From the NCBI GenBank assembly GCA_030390025.1, contig JASTWF010000036.1, forward strand, positions 3,970,001 through 4,034,000: 64,000 bases of DNA. The letters run 5' to 3'. The translations under genes were made by a program, and so were the position numbers. The notes under the pieces were generated by a model, which saw only the letters and a program-made list of their open reading frames with translations, was not told the DNA's origin and searched no databases. Below are positions 24,209 through 37,464 of this stretch, piece by piece. The stretch comes from Squalus acanthias (taxonomy: Eukaryota). Position 1 is the stretch's first letter, and every line of letters begins with the position of its first letter.

Positions 24209-24957
24209 CTGAACGCCCTTGGTCACGGCAAAATTCATGGTGCACTGGGCCATACTATACGGGGAGACAAATAATAGTATTCACATTGTTATATGTTGCT
24301 TTAAGATATGTACAGGGATCTTATTTGGTAAAGTAACAAAGACACGTGTGAGCTCGGGTTATATAGGTTGGTTCCATTAGTGTAAGAAACTACAAGTTAT
24401 ATTTGTGGTGACTAATTTGACAGTGTTCTCATTAACTGGGCCATAAGGCTGTAAAGAAAGGACTTGACGTTCCATATAACTCAAACAGATATTGTTGTCA
24501 TAGAAACAAAAAAGAAGGCAGCTGGATCTTTGCACCAGTGATAATCCTTTGATCCTTCTTGCCATGAAATCAGTGCACAGGAACAGAGCTGGAGATAGCT
24601 TATGTTAGAAAAATACACTCCTGCAGATACTTCCTAATGCTACAGACAAAACATGCCATGTTAGACAAGAAGACTGTGCATTAGGCAGAAGATCAGTCTC
24701 TTCAGACCCTGGGCACAGATGTACAACATCTTTGCAAAGCAGAGACTGAAAAGCTTCTGAAGTGTGGTGGACCCTCCATTATCTGCCATCCCGAGCATCC
24801 ACCAGGATTTTCACCGGACAAAGCCTTGTGTGAATTGTTGGCTCAATGCACTGCTTATTTAGTTATTTGTGTTTCATCGCCCTTGCTTGGCAAATAAGAC
24901 TACATCGCATTTCTCCTGTTATCTGCGTTGTGCTTGGATATGCATTCAAAAGATAAA

Positions 24958-25759
24958 GGGGGAGAAATTCAGTTGGTTAGTGCTTCCCTTTAGCGCCTCC
25001 AGGGGGCGCTAACAGGGCGCTAGGAACTTAGTGCCCGAGCGCGGCGATTTTAGTGCCGCTCGCGAAATTGACCAGTCGTTTTGCGGCGGCGCTAAACACT
25101 ACTGCCACGATCTCCTGCGCCCGCAGATCGTGACGTCAGTCGAGCGTGCAATGCCCCGGTAGCGCCCCAGACCGGATATTGAGTCGCGCCCCCTGCCTTA
25201 GTGCCTGCCGCTAGCAACGACAGGTAGAGGGGAACGTTTTCAAGTCAGGAAGGGGCTGGGGGCGGGCTATTTAAAGGCGGCCACTTCCTGCCTTTTCTTG
25301 TCGGCAACATTTTTGGTTTTAACGCTGTCCTGAGGAGTTTTGGCCCTCAGCACCACTTTTGAGGTTCCTAAGCGCCGAGCTCTTTCCCTGGGCCTATCCA
25401 TTAGTGCTTCCAACACAATTGCTTTCGAGGTCTCTCCAGGCTGAGATTCAAGGCTGCAATGAGCAGGGAGCGGCTGGCCAGCAAGATGGCCCCTCCCCTT
25501 TAAGAACTGGACGGCGCCAGTGTGTCTGGCTTCCATGGTAACTGACATCGCCTGAGCTTCGGTAGCGTTCTGAGGTAGCGCCTCGCTCCCTGACGTTAGC
25601 ACCTTGAGAGGGGTGTAGCACCTGATTTAGCGCTCAAATCACCTCCAGGGGCGATAGAGGCGAATTTTGCAATCGGAGACGATAATTAGCGCCGGGCGCT
25701 AAACTTTACGCCCGGCCGATATTAGCGCCCCAAAATGGGCGATACCCAATTTTTCCCCC
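24958..25759. mobile_element. Harbinger-type MITE
   Basis: TIRs GGGGGAGAAATT...AATTTTTCCCCC, 3-bp TSD AAA, many subterminal TAGCGCC/GGCGCTA motifs. Confidence 0.8.
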
Positions 25760-26049
25760 AAAGAGCTGCAATGGCTATCAAAGTGGTGGAGCAGGCTCGA
25801 TGGACCGAATGGCTGGCTCCTGTTCCTGTGTGCTTCTCTTCATTCCCCTGCTTGGGGTATTGCTGTACCACATCCGACATTTCAACAGTGACTACACTTC
25901 AAAAGTACTTCATTGGCTGTAAAGCGCTTTGGGACGTCCTGAGGTGGTGAAAGGCGCGATAGAAATGCAAGTCTTTCTTTTTCTTCTTATATGTATAAAA
26001 CCAAAACTGAACACAAATTAAAACAGGTAACTACTTCCTCAGAAATAAA

Positions 26050-26385
26050 ACAACAACCACTTGCATTTATCTAGCGCCGTTAACGTCATAAAACGCCCCA
26101 AGGCACTTCACAGGAGCGTTATCAGGCAAAGTTTGACACCGAGCCATATAAGGAGATATGAGGACAGAGCTTGGTCAAAGAGGGAGGTTTTAAGGAGCGT
26201 CTTAAAGGAGAGAGAGGTAGAGAGGCGGAGAGGTTTAGGGAGGGAATTCCAGAGCTTGGGGGCTGGGCAGCTGAAGGCACGGCCACCAATGGTGGAGCGA
26301 TTATAATCGGGGATGTGCAAGAGGCCAGAATTGGAGGAGCGCAGATATCTCGAAGGGTTGTAGGGCTGGAGGAGGTTACAGAGTT
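26050..26385 (-). mobile_element. L2 3' fragment
   Basis: IPDYNRSTIGGRAFSCPAPKLWNSLP and L2 tail. Confidence 0.8.
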
Positions 26386-26992
26386 AAAAGTAATCGCTCA
26401 GTGTCACTATGAATAGGAACAAGCAAGCAAAAATAAATACATCTGAATTTTACCTCCCCACTGACGCAACAGTAACGAGCAGTACCCATTTTTTTGACTT
26501 GGGCAACGTAAAACTGCTTGGTACCGAGTGGCACCACTGCCCTTGGTGTAGCTGTCGCTGCTAATTGCAGTGCAACATTGGAAATTGCAAGTACTTCCCA
26601 CCAGATAAGTGACAGCTAACTCCTCACTGCAGTAATGACTGTTGTTAGACTGCTGCTTCTTGACCTCATTCAAAGGAGTGGGGACTTAGCGTGACATGAG
26701 GCCCTGGAGTTCAACCTTGCATTGTATCCACTCCCAATCACTGGGTAAGTGCCCTTGGCATCTCCTCTCATGGGGAATATAAAAAAAACGCTTCAGTCAC
26801 AGATTAGTTTTGACACGTCTCCTTAAAAAAGTGGACTCCCTGGAGAAGCTTGTAACTGTAATTCTCACCGTAAAGACCGGAACAAGGAATGCATTTTTTT
26901 CCAACTCATTTTTAACACTTTATAGCTCCTTTAAGAGCAGAATTTAGAAAGAAACAAGCAGATCTCCCCTGGTGTTGCTCACAGTGAGGTGA

Positions 26993-27490
26993 AGAGGGAG
27001 TGCAGCGAAGGTTCACCAGACTGATTCCTGGGATGGCAGGACTGTCGTATGAGGAGAGATTGGGTCGACTAGGCCTGTATTCACTAGAGTTTAGAAGAAT
27101 GAGGGGGGATCTCATTGAAACGTATAAAATTCTGACAGGGCTAGACAGACTGGATGCAGGGAGGATGTTTCCCCCTGGCTGGGGGGGGTCTAGAACGAGG
27201 GGTCACAGTCTCAGGATACGGGGTAGGACATTTAGGACTGAGATGAGGAGAAATGTCTTCACTCAGAGGATGGTGAACCTGTGGAATTCTCTACCACAGA
27301 AGGCTGTGGAGGCCAAGTCACTGAATATATTTAAGAAGGAGATAGATAGATTTCTAGACACAAAAGGCATCAAGGGGTATGGGGAGAGAGCGGGAATATG
27401 GTATTGAGATAGAGGATCAGCCATGATATTGAATGGTGGAGCAGGCTCGAAGGGCCGAATGGCCTACTACTCCTCCTATTTTTCCATGAA
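26993..27490 (+). mobile_element. CR1 3' fragment
   Basis: ORF 27000-27407 QRRFTRLIPGMAGLSYEERLGRLGLYSLEFRR... Confidence 0.9.
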
Positions 27491-27605
27491 GGATATGCTG
27501 CTTCACAATAAAAGGGAGTGGGTTATCAACAAAGTGTGATGGTGAAGTGATACAGGAGGCGCGCGCTATACGCAAGGCTTTTATATATTTTACAGATATG
27601 CAATT

Positions 27606-28770
27606 TTTTTTCATTCGTTCCTGGAATGTGGGTGTCGCTGGCAAGGCCAGCATTTATTGCCCATCCCTAATTGCCCTTGAGAAGGTGGTGGTGAGCCGCC
27701 TTCTTGAACCGCTGCAGTCCGTGTGGTGAAGGTACTCCCACAGTGCTGTTAGGGAAGGAGTTCCAGGATTTTGACCCAGCGATGATGAAGGATCGGCGAT
27801 ATACTTCTAAGTCAGGATGGTGTGTGACTTGGAGGGGAACTTGGAGGTGGTGGTGTTCCCATGCGCCTGCTGCCCTTGTCCTTCTAGGTGGAAGAGGCCG
27901 TGGGTTTGGGAGGTGCTGTCGAAGAAGCCTTGGCGAGTTGCTGCAGTGCATCTTGTAGATGGTACACACTGCAGCCACGGTACGCCGGTGGTGGAGGGAG
28001 TGAATGTTTAAGGTGGTGGATGGGGTGCTAATCAAACGGGCTGCTTTGTCCTGGATGGTGTCGAGCTTCTTGAGTGTTGTTGGAGCTGCACTCATCCAGG
28101 CAAGTGGAGAGTATTTCAACACACTCCTTACTTGTGCCTTGTAGATGGTGGAAAGGCTTTGGGGAGTCAGGAGGTGAGACACTCGCCGCAGAATACCCAG
28201 CCTCTGACCTGCTCTTGTAGCCACAATATTTACGTGGCTGGTCCAGTTAAGTTTCTGGTCAATGGTGACCCCCAGGATGTTGATAGTGGGGGATTCGGCG
28301 ATGGTAATGCCGTTGAATGTCAAGGGGAGGTGATTAGACTCTAGCTTGTTGGGGATAGTCATTGCCTGGCACTTGTGTGGCATGAATGTTACCTGCCCAA
28401 GCCTGAATGTTGTCCAGGTCTTGCTGCATGCGGGCATGGACTGCTTCATTATCTGAGGAGTTGTGAATGGCACTGAACACTGTGCAGTCATCAGCGAACA
28501 TCCCCACTTCTGTTGGAGGGAAGGTCATTGTTGAAGCAGCTGAAGATGGTTGGGCCTAGGACACTGCCATGAGGAACTCCTGCAGTGATGTCCGGGGCTG
28601 TGATGATTGACCTTCAACCACCACAACCATCTTCCTTTGTACTACGTATGACTCCAGCCAGTGGAGAGTTTTCCCCCCAATTCCCATTGACTTCAGTTTT
28701 ACTAGGGCTCCTTGATGCCACACTCGGTCAAATGCTGCCTTGATGTCAAGGGCAGTCACTCTCACCTCAC
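27606..28770 (-). mobile_element. LINE family B, longest copy (RT core to 3' end, frameshifted)
   Basis: ALDIKAAFDRVWHQG, MFADDCTVF, then C-terminal ORF 27667-28491 and 3' tail. Confidence 0.88.
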
Positions 28771-29077
28771 TTCCACTCTTTGCTTTAGTTAGGGATCATT
28801 TCTTCCACTGTTACTAATTCATACCAGACCTGAAACGTGAGGGGTTACTTTCTTCTAAGTCATATGCTTTTGTTGTTAAAGCTAGTCCTGTAATTACCTG
28901 AACAGTTAGCAGTTAGCTGTGCTTTGTTTTCATTCAGCTGTGCACTGTTGGAAGTAGATTTCTGGGAGTTCTATTTAGTTAAATTGCTCCAACTTTCTCC
29001 CCCCCCCACCGAAGGCACTGAATGTTTGTGGGATATGAATGTCCTTCTGTACCTTTACCCAATTTTTAAAAATTATT

Positions 29078-29510
29078 ATTCATTCATGTGGGCGTCCCTG
29101 GCAAGGCCAGCATTTATTGCCCATCCCTAATTGCCCTTGAGAAGGTGATGGGGAGCCGCCTTCTTGAACCGCTACAGTCCGTGTGGTGATGGTCTTTTTT
29201 TGTAGCAGTTTGGTACAACTGAGTGACTCGCTCGGCCATTTCAGAGGGCAGTTAAGAGTCAAGCACATTGCTGTGGGTCTGGAGTCACATATCGGCCAGA
29301 CCCGGTAAGGACGGCAGATTTCCTTCCCTAAAGGACATTAGTGAACCAGATGGACACCATTACTGATACTACCTTTTTATTCCAGATTTGTTTAATTCAC
29401 TGAATTTTTAAATTCCCCAGCTGCCGTGGTGGGATTTGAACTTATGACGCTGGATCATTAGTCCAGGCCTCTGGATTACTAGTCCAATAACATAACCACT
29501 ATGCTACTGT
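29078..29510 (-). mobile_element. tRNA-derived SINE with a family-B LINE tail
   Basis: Minus strand: AGCATAGTGGTT (A box), AGTTCAAATCCC (B box), body CTGGTTCACTAATGTCCTTTAGGGAAGG, tail shared with family B; partial second copy at ~43930-44140. Confidence 0.7.
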
Positions 29511-29539
29511 ACCTCCGTAATGGCCTTGGGTGTGCTCAG

Positions 29540-30000
29540 GTGTCAGCTGTGGCTCAGTGGGTCGCACTCTCACCTGCATCAGAAGGTCATGGGTTCAAGC
29601 CCACCTCCAGAGACATGAGCATAAAATCCAGGCTGGCACTCCAGTGCGGTGCTGAGGGAGCGCTGCACTGTCGGAGGTGCCGTCTTTCAGATGAGACGTT
29701 AAAACGAGGCCCCGTCTGCTCTCTCAGGTCGACATAAAAGATGCCATGGAAATATTCGAAGAAGACCAGGGGAGTTCTCCCCGGTGTCCCGATGAATATT
29801 TATCCTTCACCCATCACCTAAAAACAGATGATCTGGTCATTTATTTCATTGCTGGTTGTGGGATCTTGCTGTGCGCAAATTGGCTGCCGCGTTTCCTACA
29901 TTACAGCAGTGACTGCACTTCAAAAGTACTTTGGGGTATGTAAAGCGCTTTGGGACATCCTGAGGTCGTGAAAGGCGCGATATATACACAAGTCTTATTT
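29540..30000 (+). mobile_element. Full-length Deu-domain SINE
   Basis: Same head, body and tail as 2762-3217. Confidence 0.85.
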
Positions 30001-30774
30001 TCTCTATCCCGTTAAATATCTTGCACAGCTCTCCAAAGTCCCCTTGAGACATCTCTTTTCGAGCTCTAACTTGTCAGGTCATTCCTTGTATTTCGCCACT
30101 CTGACACAAGGGGTCAGCCTCAATTGCTCTCCCCTCCACCACCTCTAGGGCACTGGATGACCCCTTGCAACGTCATAACCAGAACCGTACGCAGTGCTCC
30201 AGGGTCAGCGTGACCCTGGACAAATGTAGCTCGACAGGGCACTGAATAGTTTCAGCTGGTCTTGTTCAGAATGCACTAAAAAGGTAACCGATCTGTATCA
30301 GCTGTCTTCCATCTTAAACTTTTAAGTAATTTATATTGTCTGCTGCCCTACGTATGACTTTCAGGAAATGAAGAGTTTATTTGGAGCGAGAGAGAGAGAG
30401 AGACACTTATTAAAATGTCAACCAGAGCCTTGCTCTGCACCACAGGATTCTTTTGACTAAGTCGAGCTGATTGCACAGGCGAAAGCAAACCATAGCAAAT
30501 TTCCACTTCAACTGATTATTCACTGCCTTAGATTCCATTTAAATTTGCATCCATTGTATTTACAAATGAAGTTTCAGCATTATTGCGCACTTATTAGCTT
30601 TCAGTGCATAACCCAATCATGGACGGTCGGATGATAGCAATTCAGTGTCTCCACAGTAACCACGGGACACTGAAAGCTGAACGACGCAGGGTACTGTAAT
30701 TGCCATGGGTAAATTAAATCTATTTATATCAATTTCTTTTGTATTGTGTGGTTACAGTGCTCTGCCGTCATAGT

Positions 30775-31520
30775 ATCATAGAATGAGAGCGCAGAAGGAG
30801 GCCATTCGGCCCATCGTGCCTGTGCCAGCTCTTTGGTTGAGCTGTCCAATTAGCCCCACTCCCCCGCTCTTTCCCTGCAAAATTTTCCATTTCAAGTATT
30901 TATCCAATTCCCTTGTGAAAGTTACGATTGAATCTGCTTCCACCGCCCTTTCAGGCAGCGCATTCCAGATCACAACAACTCGCTGCATAAAAAAAATTCT
31001 CCTCATCTCTCCCTCTGGTTCTTTTGCCAATTATCTTAAATCTGTGTCCTCTGGTTACCGACCCTCCTGCCACTGGAAACAGTTTCTCCATATTTACTCT
31101 TCAGAATTTTTAACACCTCTATTAAATCTCCTCTCAACCCCAGCTTCTCCAGTCTCTCCACATAACTGAAGTCCCTCATCCCTGGTACCATTCTATTAAA
31201 TCTCCCCTTAACCTTCTCTGCTCTAAGGAGAACAATCCCAGCTTCTCCAGTCTCTCCACATAACTGAAGTCCCTCATCCCTGGTACCATTCTATTAAATC
31301 TCCCCTTAACCTTCTCTGCTCTAAGGAGAACAATCCCAGCTTCTCCAGTCTCTCCACATAACTGAAGTCCCTCATCCCCTGGTACCATTCTAGTAAATCT
31401 CCTCTGCACCCTCTCCAAGGCCTTGACATCCTTCCTAAAGTGTGATGCCCAGAATTGGACACAATACTCCAGCTGAGGCCAACCAGTGATTTATAACGGT
31501 TTAGCATACCTTCCTTGCTC
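30775..31520 (-). mobile_element. CR1 3' fragment with an internal 98-bp tandem duplication (~31138-31400)
   Basis: [40 protein letters not shown] repeated; CAGCTTCTCC recurs at 31141, 31239, 31337. Confidence 0.85.
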
Positions 31521-31769
31521 TCCTGGATTAAGGGCCAGCAATGACCATTGGCGGTACTAGTGGGCCTGCACTTCACTATTCATTTGAAATGGGCTGATGG
31601 CTGTTATAATAGTGGGCAGAAGAACGCATGAGGACTCCGTCTGCTAATATCGCAACACAGTATTTCTGGCATCAAGTGACACGGCACCCACTCTTCTGGG
31701 AGTACATGTCCCTTCAGTTACTTTGATATTCTTTTAATTCAGATTAAAGACCTAATTTAAAGACCTAAT

Positions 31770-32135
31770 TGAGGGCTTTAAAATTATGAAAGGGTTTGAT
31801 AGGGTAGACGTAGAGAAGATGTTTCCACTTGTGGGGAGACCAGAACTAGGGGCCATAAATATAAGATAGTCACTAATAAATCCAATAGGGAATTCAGGAG
31901 AAACTTCTTTACCCAGAGAGTGGTGAGAATGTGGAACTCGCTACCACAGGGAGTGGTTGAGGTGAATAGCAGCGATGCATTTAAGGGGAAGCTAGATAAA
32001 CACATGAGGGAGAAAGGAATAGAAGGATATGTTGATAGGATGAGATGAAGAGGGGTGGGAGGAGGCTCGTGTGGAGCATAAACACCGGCACAGACCAGTT
32101 GGGCCGAATGGCCAGTTTCTGTGCTGTAGATTCTG
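31770..32135 (+). mobile_element. CR1 3' fragment
   Basis: FKIMKGFDRVDVEKMFPL..RTRGH..TQRVVRMWNSLP; same subfamily as 55245-55870. Confidence 0.85.
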
Positions 32136-32504
32136 TGTAAAAGATTCTGGGAGCCCAGCAGACATGAGCCAACTCCCAGAGTCTCTGCTGAGAAATCCAG
32201 GTGTTGGGTTTGTCGGCCCATTTTACTTGATTCTCATTGACCAGAAGAAGGTCCTGGAACTCATAATCTGAGCCCAGTTCAATAAGACTATGAAAGGAAC
32301 CATGTTGCCAGTTCTAATATCGCCAGATACTGCCACAGTATTATCTTTACAATCTTCTTCCAGTTCTGATGCAGGATTGAACATGAAGGGCTGGGATTTT
32401 CACCTTTGCGCCGGGTTGGGAACGCGATGTTGTGAGCGACTTTCACTTAATGGCCCCAATTGAAAGAGTCATGCGCGTTTCCCGGCCCTATTAAATGGTG
32501 CGGG

Positions 32505-32550
32505 TCTGATGACGTCATCGATGACTCGTTTCCACCGCCCATATTTAAAG
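32505..32550 (+). promoter_or_regulatory. Putative promoter of the Harbinger Myb gene (CRE-like TGACGTCA + TATTTAAA)
   Basis: TGACGTCA at ~32509 and TATTTAAA at ~32542, about 95 bp upstream of the ATG. Confidence 0.4.
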
Positions 32551-32638
32551 CAGCCTTGCACTCAACTCACTTGAAGGTTGCCAGAGGAGGGTGGAAGGTG
32601 TGAAAGAAAGGCCACAGTACTGCGATAACTTTGGAAGG

Positions 32639-34043
32639 ATGGATAGCCAAAGGCAGAGGGCTGCACCACGCTTCTCTGATTCATCGCTGCATACGCTGGT
32701 GGAGGCTGTCAGGGCACGCAGGGAGGTCCTCTTCCCTGCTGATAGGTAAAGGAGACCTCCACAAGAAACCAAAAGAGCCTGGCTGGATATTGCTGAGGAG
32801 GTTAGCAGCAGGGATGTGGTGAGGAGGACCTGGATCTAGTGCAGGAAACGATTCAATGATCTCATGAGGTCAGAAAAGGTGAGTGCAATGTCACACTCAC
32901 CCTCATCCTGAAGTGCCTGTCAACACATCCCCATCCCTCTCTCTCTATGTACATACTCACATCCCCATCTGACTTACCACCCCTCACACTCGCCCTCATC
33001 CTAATGTAAACATAGAAAGTAACACCACTGAAAGAGGCCATTTGGCATTGGCACCCCACTCCCTCATAGTCACCCTCTACAGATGTAACCCATTCATTCC
33101 TTACACTCATTCCATCACTCTCACTCAAACTTCTCTTCTCTCACTCCTCGCAGGAGAAGAGATCCCACGACATCAGGGAGAGGGAGAGAACCAGAGGCGG
33201 CCCCCCAGTGATTGCACATCTCACAGCAGCAGAGGAGGCGGCTCTGGAAATTTCAGGAGCTCGAGAGAGACGGTGGGAGACGGAGAGAGGGGGGCATCCC
33301 AGCAACCTGGTGACAGAATCATATCTCATACAGCCACATGGCATAAAACAGTCACCCTTTTGGTGACTGATGTAAGCAGCCAGTGAAATGTCGTCATGTG
33401 CATAATGGTAACGTTACCCATTCTTCTTATAACACTTCTAATTCATCTCTTTACTCTCCCAGAGGTCCATCACCTGCAGCCCCCCCCCCACTGTCCAGCG
33501 GAGGAGGAAGACGACTCCTCAGAGGAACCTCCAACCTCCGAGGGTGCAGAGTCAGCAGACGCAAGCGCACCCAGCACCAGCGCAGATACGCACACCTGGG
33601 TGGGTCCTTTGCGCCATAGAGTAGAGTTGTCACCTGGTCTCTCTCAATTCACAAGTGAGCAAGAGCAGATGGTGTTGACAGGGGCAGCAGTGGAGACTCC
33701 TCGCTGGAGGGCGCAGGACGCTCCAAGCTCTGCTCAGCTGCATGCAGACGCTGAGCCTCGGGGGCCATCAAGAAAGAGGGTGATCCTGGAGGGGCAGCAA
33801 CAATTGCATGAGGCTCTGGGAACTTTTTCAGCGGCAATGTCTGCAAATGTGCAGAGAATGGAGGAGTCCATCTCCAACATGAGCACCACCATGTCGCAGG
33901 CGATGGCGACGATGTGCTCTTCCATGGAAAGGATGGCCACCTGCATGGAGCAGCTAATGCGCCAGTCACATGAACACATGCTAGCTGTGGACAACAGATG
34001 GCAGGCGCTCAGACCTCCTCTCAAGGAGGAATGTAAACGTTGA
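32639..34043 (+). pseudogene. Harbinger Myb/SANT-like DNA-binding protein, 3 exons (32639-32878, 33154-33309, 33463-~34043)
   Basis: MDSQRQRAAPRFSDSSLHTLVEAVRARREVLFP..AWLDIAEEV..RTWI*CRKRFNDL|GTGAGT; exon 2 EKRSHDIRERERTRGGPP; two premature stops in exon 1. Confidence 0.85.
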
Positions 34044-34691
34044 CTTGGGTCCTCATGGCCCCACTGCTGTGTGGCAAGCTGCTCTCCAGCTCCTTGCTGG
34101 CAAGGAAGTGCGGGTGGCCCATGAGAGGGATGATGGTGAGAGGGGACATGGAAGTGGGGGCTCTTCTCAGAGCCCCACATGCTGCCTCGGATCCCAATGG
34201 CCGAGTCTGCCCCTGTACAGTTGCAGGAGGAGCAGTCTTTGACGGGGCCATCACAGGCTCTAAAACCCAGAGGACGTCCACCAAAAGTGTCTACGCAGTC
34301 ACAGCAGGGAAGTGAGCAGCCTGCAGCTACCTCTGCTTAAGCCACAGGGGTTGCACCTCGTAGAAGCACTCACAAAAGAAAAATGACACAAAAGAAGATG
34401 CACAAGGGTAAGCACATGGGTGTATCAACAAATATTAGTGCTAATTTTCAGTTGTTTTGATTACACACAAACGTTTTTCTTTGCACCACTTTTGGGTCTT
34501 GTCCGCTTTTGCCTCAAACCTTGGAATTGGCTTTGTCACTTGGAGTGAATGGTTACACATTATTTAACCTGGAGCATTGGGGCTTTGTTGAGAGCAATGG
34601 ATTGGTCATTGTACGGATGCTTTTTAGTGTTGTTGGGGGGAGGGGGAACTTAGTAAAACATGGGGCAGCCATATGGCTGAATTGGAGCAAG

Positions 34692-35927
34692 TTAAGTAAA
34701 TCTGGCCATGATGAGGCCATCCCGGGCCTCCCGGGCAACAATGTGCACCACTGCTGTTGCCATCTCCACCTCAGATCCCCCCTCCTGCTCCTCTTCGGCT
34801 TCTTTCTCCTCCTCTTCTTCCACCTGCTCGTCCTCCTCCTCCTCCTCTGAAGAGACTGTGCGCTCTGCGCCATGCTCCTCCTGCAGCTTCAATCCTTGCT
34901 GCTGTGCTATGTTGTGCAGCGTGCAGCATACGACGATGATTCTGGAGACCCTGGCTGGTGCGTACTGAAGGGCTCCTCCAGATCTGTCAAGGCATCTGAA
35001 GTGCATCTTCAGCACGCCTACTGCTTGTTCTGTGACACATCTGGTGGAGATGTGGCTCTCATTATAGCGCTCCTCGGCCTCAGTACTTGGCCTCCTCAGG
35101 GGTGTCATGAGCCACATCTTCAGTGGATAGCCCTTGTCTCCAAGCAGCCAGCCGGTAAGTCTGTTTGGAGGTGCGAAGAGCTGAGGGAGGGTGGACTGGC
35201 GCAGCACGAAGAGGCATGATAGCTGCCAGGGAATCTGGCACACACATGCATAATCATCTTTTTATAGTTGCAGATGAGCTGCACATTGAGGGAGTGGAAG
35301 CCTTTGTGGTTCACAAAGACTCCTGGGTTATGATGGGGTGCCCTGATGGCCACATGTGTGCAGTCGATGACGCCCTGCAAACCGTGGGAAGCCAGCCAGA
35401 GCAGCAAAGCCCAGCGCCCGCTCAGTAACACTGGCTTCATCAGTGGCAAAGTGGATATAATTAGCTGACTTGTGAAACATGGCATCGGTTGCCTGAGTGA
35501 TGCATCTGTGGGCGGCCGACTGCGAGATCCCACAAATGTCTGCTGCAGATCCCTGGAAGGAGCCTGAGGCGAAGAAGTTGAGGGCAGTGGTGACTTTGAC
35601 AGCCACTGGCAAGGAGTGTCCACCAGGACCTCTGGGCAGCAGGTCTTGTTCCAGCAATCTGCAAATGTCTGCGACGACCTGGCGCGATAGCCTGAGCCTC
35701 CTTTGGCACTGCTGCTCAGTCATGTTGAGGAAGCTCATCCTCTGCCTGTATACCCTGTGTTGGGGGTATCGCCTCCGGCGTGGTGCAGCCCTGTGGTGCC
35801 CCCCTCTCTCCTGTGGACCATCAGGTCGGTGAGGAGAAGGCTGCTGTTGTGGTTGCTGCTGCTGATGGTGGGGCTCATCTTGATCTGATTGTGAGGACCA
35901 AGGTGAGACAGTATAAGTGGCACCCAT
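34692..35927 (-). pseudogene. Harbinger (HARBI1-like) DDE transposase, two frameshifts
   Basis: [68 protein letters not shown] spread over three overlapping ORFs. Confidence 0.92.
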
Positions 35928-36749
35928 GCTGATGTAATAGATGGCAGGTAAAGTGGAGATCAGAGGGCCAATCCCTCAATGTTGTGATAGAGACTAGCAA
36001 TATGGTGAGAGTGGCTTCCGAGGTTGCAGAAATGACCTGCAAACTCCAGAAACCTAAAGCTGTGCACAAAATAGAGTCAGCAAGAGCCTTTCCCTTAGGC
36101 AACTAATGTAAGGTGTGAGTATTTATCTGGTGTTCCCAGCTCTCAATTAATGCCCTCGCACAATGGCCACTAAGCTTCCGCCTCCCCCTCACAGACGAGG
36201 TTCCCGAGCTGCGTGCTTCCCGTGCTTATGCCGTTAAATTCAGAAGCTGCTGTTAAAAACCCTGTTAAGGGTCTGAGAGCAAGCATTTAATGAGCTTAAT
36301 TAGGTCGCCCGCCTCTCCCGTTCGGGACGCGGCCGTGCTGGCAAACTCACCCGAGTTAAAGGCGCGAGGAGGGGAAAATTCCGGCCAAGGTTTGTCTTGC
36401 AGTACCATGCATGTGATTTGAGATGTGATGACTTTGGTTATTTTAGCACAAAAATACTCTTCGTGACCTCTTGTTAGCCTCATGTCAGTCACTAATATTT
36501 CTAATGGTACCACTCAAATAAATAAATAAAATTAACAACTTTGCAGCAGTCGAATATCAAAAAGCTAGTGGCATCAAGAAAAGAAAGACTTGCATTTCTA
36601 TAGCGCCTTTCACGACCACCGGACATCCCAAAGTGCTTTACAGCCAATGAAGTACTTTTGAAGTGTAGTCACTGTTGTAATGTAGGACCAACCACATAAC
36701 CCATTCAAAATTCCTTGCATTTATATTAGAATGAGTGATGGTGTACCTG

Positions 36750-37139
36750 GAAACATAGAAACATAGAAACTAGGAGCAGGAGTAGGCCATTCGGCCCGTC
36801 AAGCCTGCTCCACCATTCAATACAATCATGGCTGATCATCCAAATCCAGTACCCTGTCCCTGCTTTCTCACACAGAATCCCCATCGAGCCTGCACCGACA
36901 CATATCCCACCCGTAAATTTAATCCCCCCCTAACACTAAGGGTCAATTTATCATAGCCAAATCAACCTAACCCGCACATTTTTGGACTGTGGGAGGAAAC
37001 CAGAGCACCCGGAGGAAACCCACGCAGACACGGGGAGAATGTGCAAACTCCACACAGACAGTCACCCGAGGCCAGATTCGAACCCGGGTCCCTGGCGCTG
37101 TGAGGCACCAGTGCTAACCACTATGCCACCGTGTTGCCC
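36750..37139 (-). mobile_element. HE1-like V-SINE, full length
   Basis: Near-identical to 5984-6407. Confidence 0.88.
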
Positions 37140-37464
37140 TGTGATGACAAATTTGTAATCTCATATCAGTTGGTACATTATAACCTAGTTTTACTCTTCA
37201 CATTAAGGGATCCATTATCCTTCAGGAAATCATTGAGTACCTGTTATTCTCTGTATAATCAATCCCAGGTATAGATTACTGTCTATATGCTCACTCCCAG
37301 GTATGTGTTATTCTCTATATAACCAATCCCAGGTATACATTGCTGTCTATATACTCACTCGCAGGTATGTGTTATTCTCTGTATAACCAATCCCAGGTAT
37401 ACATTGCTGTCTATATACTCACTCGCAGGTATGTGTTATTCTCTGTATAATCAATCCCAGCAAG

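Larger units (their letters stand above)
32389..36386. mobile_element. Complete PIF/Harbinger DNA transposon (decayed)
   Basis: TIRs GGCTGGGATTTTC / GAAAATTCCGGCC, 3-bp TSD AAG on both sides, convergent Myb/SANT and DDE transposase genes. Confidence 0.92.

Noticed and set aside
34692..35927. Domesticated host HARBI1 gene
   Set aside because: Frameshifted, and enclosed by TIRs and a TSD together with a Myb partner gene
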